Assembly (NCBI RefSeq): GCF_964213995.1
Contig: NW_027591538.1
Span: forward strand, 1 to 64,000
Direction: 5' to 3'
DNA from: Mustelus asterias
Lineage: Eukaryota
DNA length: 64,000 bases
A model generated the notes under the pieces. It was given only the letters and a program-made list of their open reading frames with translations, ran no database searches and was not told where the DNA came from. A program made the position numbers and the translations under genes. Of this stretch, positions 61,236 to 64,000 are shown piece after piece (positions within the stretch are counted from its first letter, which is position 1; each line of letters begins with the position of its first letter).

Positions 61236-61274
61236 GGTTTTTGTACGGGTTGACTGTGTCTCTGTAGCAGTGTG
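61236..61274 (-). other. 23-RSS of V12
   Basis: CACACTG - 23 nt - ACAAAAACC on minus strand. Confidence 0.92.
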
Positions 61275-61710
61275 CGGCTCAGCGCACAGTGATACACGGC
61301 AGAGTCAGAGACATGGACCCCGGTGATTGTTAAAGGAACTGTTCTCTTGTCTTTGTCCAATTCAGCCGAAAACCGGTCAGGGAAATCTGGAGACTTTTCC
61401 CCCTGTCCCTTGCCGTATTTCTTCAGTAAATATCTCGGAGCGTCCCCGGGATGTTGAATGTACCAGAAGAGAGTCTCGCCAGTGTATTGTGCTGTGTAGT
61501 TGCAGTTCAATATTACCGTCTGTCCTTCCTGGGCCGTGAATTCGGGCCGGTCCTGGGAAACTGAATCTTGGCCACTGGTTCCTGTAACAACATATAGAAT
61601 GTGTGAGAAATCTGAGTGAATATAACCCATGAAACACACACTGAGGATTTGAGCTCAGACTCACCGGGCAGCATGACCATTATTATCAGTAAAGCACACA
61701 GGGAACACAT
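61275..61710 (-). CDS. TRAV: TCR alpha/delta V segment V12 (family E), leader 61710-61665 + V exon 61581-61275; apparently functional
   Basis: MCSLCALLIIMVMLP/intron/GTSGQDSVSQD...LNCNY...WYIQHPG...DSAVYHCALSR. Confidence 0.93.
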
Positions 61711-64000
61711 GGTTCCTGATTGGACAGTAAACAGCCACACTGTTTAAACGATGTTGCTGCTTCTAGTTTATATCACAGAGTCAACTCAGATCAGAGGCAA
61801 CTGCAATTATTGGGAAACTGGGGGGCGTTTCTCAGTGCTGCGATTGGTTAGTCTGCCTGAGATGATGTTAGCTTTGGATCAATCACTGTTAGTTGACGAC
61901 GAAGTGCGGCTGGCTTTCTCCAATCAAATTGTAGCCCAGGCTGAGTGCGTCTTTCTCACCCTCTTGCTCTCTGTCACATTCTCAGTCATTCTGTCTCTTT
62001 CTCGGTTTAACTCTCTTTCCTTCCAACCGGAGATCAGCTCTTTATATGACACCAGAGCCTGTCTTCATATTGCAATAGACCATGTTTCCCTTGCCATCAG
62101 GATAGTATTAATTACGATATCTATCGGTGCGTCTGTCAGAATTCAATCATTTTAGTCAGAGTAAATTAACGATAATAGTGAAAGAGTATATTTAATCTTA
62201 TTAACGTTTATAAGTACAAACCCAGAGGCCTCAGATGTCTGCGGTTTCATTTGATCGGATTAACTCGCTCATGTTAAATGTTATTTATTTTTATACCAGT
62301 TTGTGACGACTTCTCAAGAACCTTAATCTTATTACCACGCGCTTGACCTGTTTACGCTGAACTTTTCGTTCTGACAGGTAGATTTCCTCGGGTTGCGATT
62401 GTAAATAGAACTGTACACGGATTGAACAACTGAGGATTTGGATGGAGATCCCGTGAGGGAAGCAAATGCTGCAACACAGGAATTTTCAGGCGAAGTAATA
62501 AAGATAAAGGGATGGAAAGACAATGGGAAACAATCTCATGTCTTTCGTCTGACTCCAGAGAATTATAACACAATTTACTCAGCATTTCATCAATTTCAAC
62601 ATGGGGAACACGACAAGCCCCCTTTGTTCTACAGAACTTCCAATTTCATGCCATTCGTTGAATACTTCGTTGTCAAATTATTCCTTCTAAATTTAATCAC
62701 CACTCTTTTCAGGGTTAAATTCCATCTGCAACTTACCGGCCCATTTGAACATTCCATCCATATCTTCTTGTCGTCAAAGAGACTCAACCTCAGTGTTAAC
62801 CACTCGCCAAATGAAAGTGGTCATCTTTCAATCTGCATTCTCTGACAACGCTGGCAGTTTTAGACTTCGCAGTCAACTGATGGGACGAGTGGAATGTGCA
62901 GGAAACGTTTTGATTGCAATTTATTGAAGGACTGAGTGTGGATTTTTCTCTCTCCCTTTGGCTCTCCACAATCTGGCCGATGAAAAACAGAATGAGAGAG
63001 AGGCGGAAAAGATAGGAGTATGAGGACGATGTTGATGTGGGGCGGTTTATTAAGAGAGGCAAAGGTTCTGTAGTTCTCTACAGAGTTGGAGTGGGGAGAG
63101 GTGACTGATAGAAGTTGGAGCTCAATTGCTGATGCTGAATGTACATACAGCACTAGTCCAGGCGTGAGGAGGTTTAGTGGTTGTGCAGGGAGAGCCTGGC
63201 CAACCATCTCCAAAAGGAAACCCACCGATTCCTGTTAAATCATCTGGAAAATCTGAACTGGACCGCCTCGACTGCAATTATATTTCCCATAAAATAACGA
63301 GACGCAGGAGTATACACGTTATTTCTAATATGGGTTCTCCATCCACAGTGCTGCAACCGTCAAAGCCTCGGGTCACTTGTTAGAGTGTGGTATTAAAAGG
63401 AGCTACTAGCTCCATTTGTCGCTGTTGTGTCCAGCGCCACATGATCAGCTGAATGACCACTGTTCGCACCATCGACTTTCTACTGTTCTATTTTTCACCA
63501 GAGGTTTGCAAACTGAAAGGGTACTTATAAAATTATATCGGGTATATTTCAGATTAAATAATATTTCATTGCCAGTTTTACAAAAACTCTGGACTGATAC
63601 TTTCTTTTTCAATCTACCAATCAAAAGTAATCGAAGGCTTTGAATATTACCAGGATAAGTTAGTTGAAAGTCCAAGACATTTCGAGAATGCAACAGTTCA
63701 AGATCGAGGGAATAGCTTCCACACAGACTGCAAGGAACATGGCATAAGGAAGAAGATGAAAGTTTGAATGAATGATACAGGACACATCCTCACTCATCTC
63801 CAAAGATACCAGAAATTGTACATGTGTTTCCGAAAGTAGTTTGGACACGTGATTTACCCCTCTCTCGGAGTAATCTCCATAAAATATTATCTGTGAACAA
63901 CTTGAGGGTAAATGTCTGTCTTATTGATTTTAAACTGTTTCTTGCTGAATAGCAGCAGTGCGATGTTTCCAATCATCCTGCTTCTGGCACCTCTCTTGCA

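Noticed and set aside
30700-61710. NAR-TCR, IgHV-like or TAILV segments and D/J/C exons known from shark TCR delta
   Set aside because: All V segments look like conventional TCR alpha/delta V with their own leaders; no 12-RSS/FGXG J segment or C1 exon was found
62300-64000. Short ORFs in the terminal unique region
   Set aside because: No recognisable domain, splice pattern or RSS; left unannotated

Overview
This is eukaryotic DNA from a cartilaginous fish, almost certainly a shark, judged by dense HE1/V-SINEs, DeuSINEs, CR1/HER1, Rex1 and Penelope-like retroelements. The right half (30.7-61.7 kb) is part of a T-cell receptor alpha/delta V-segment cluster. It holds 12 full-length V segments, of which 10 look functional, 1 is frameshifted and 1 has a destroyed heptamer, plus 2 truncated relics. 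They lie in both orientations, most with a 23-bp-spacer RSS, and were built by direct and inverted cassette duplications. One V family (3 members) has its leader fused to the V exon with no intron, yet keeps an RSS. A truncated C2H2 zinc-finger gene and a ZNF pseudogene separate the first V from the rest. No D, J or C segments were found. The left half (1-28.6 kb) is a near-identical tandem segmental duplication with a period of about 13.5-14.3 kb. Each unit carries a CpG-island promoter (YY1/RFX/NRF1/CTCF-like motifs), a 52-bp minisatellite and candidate orphan exons. Penelope-like LTRs carry several minimal hammerhead ribozymes, one with a U3-A8 core covariation. All alignments and motif calls were made by eye, and repeat boundaries are approximate.
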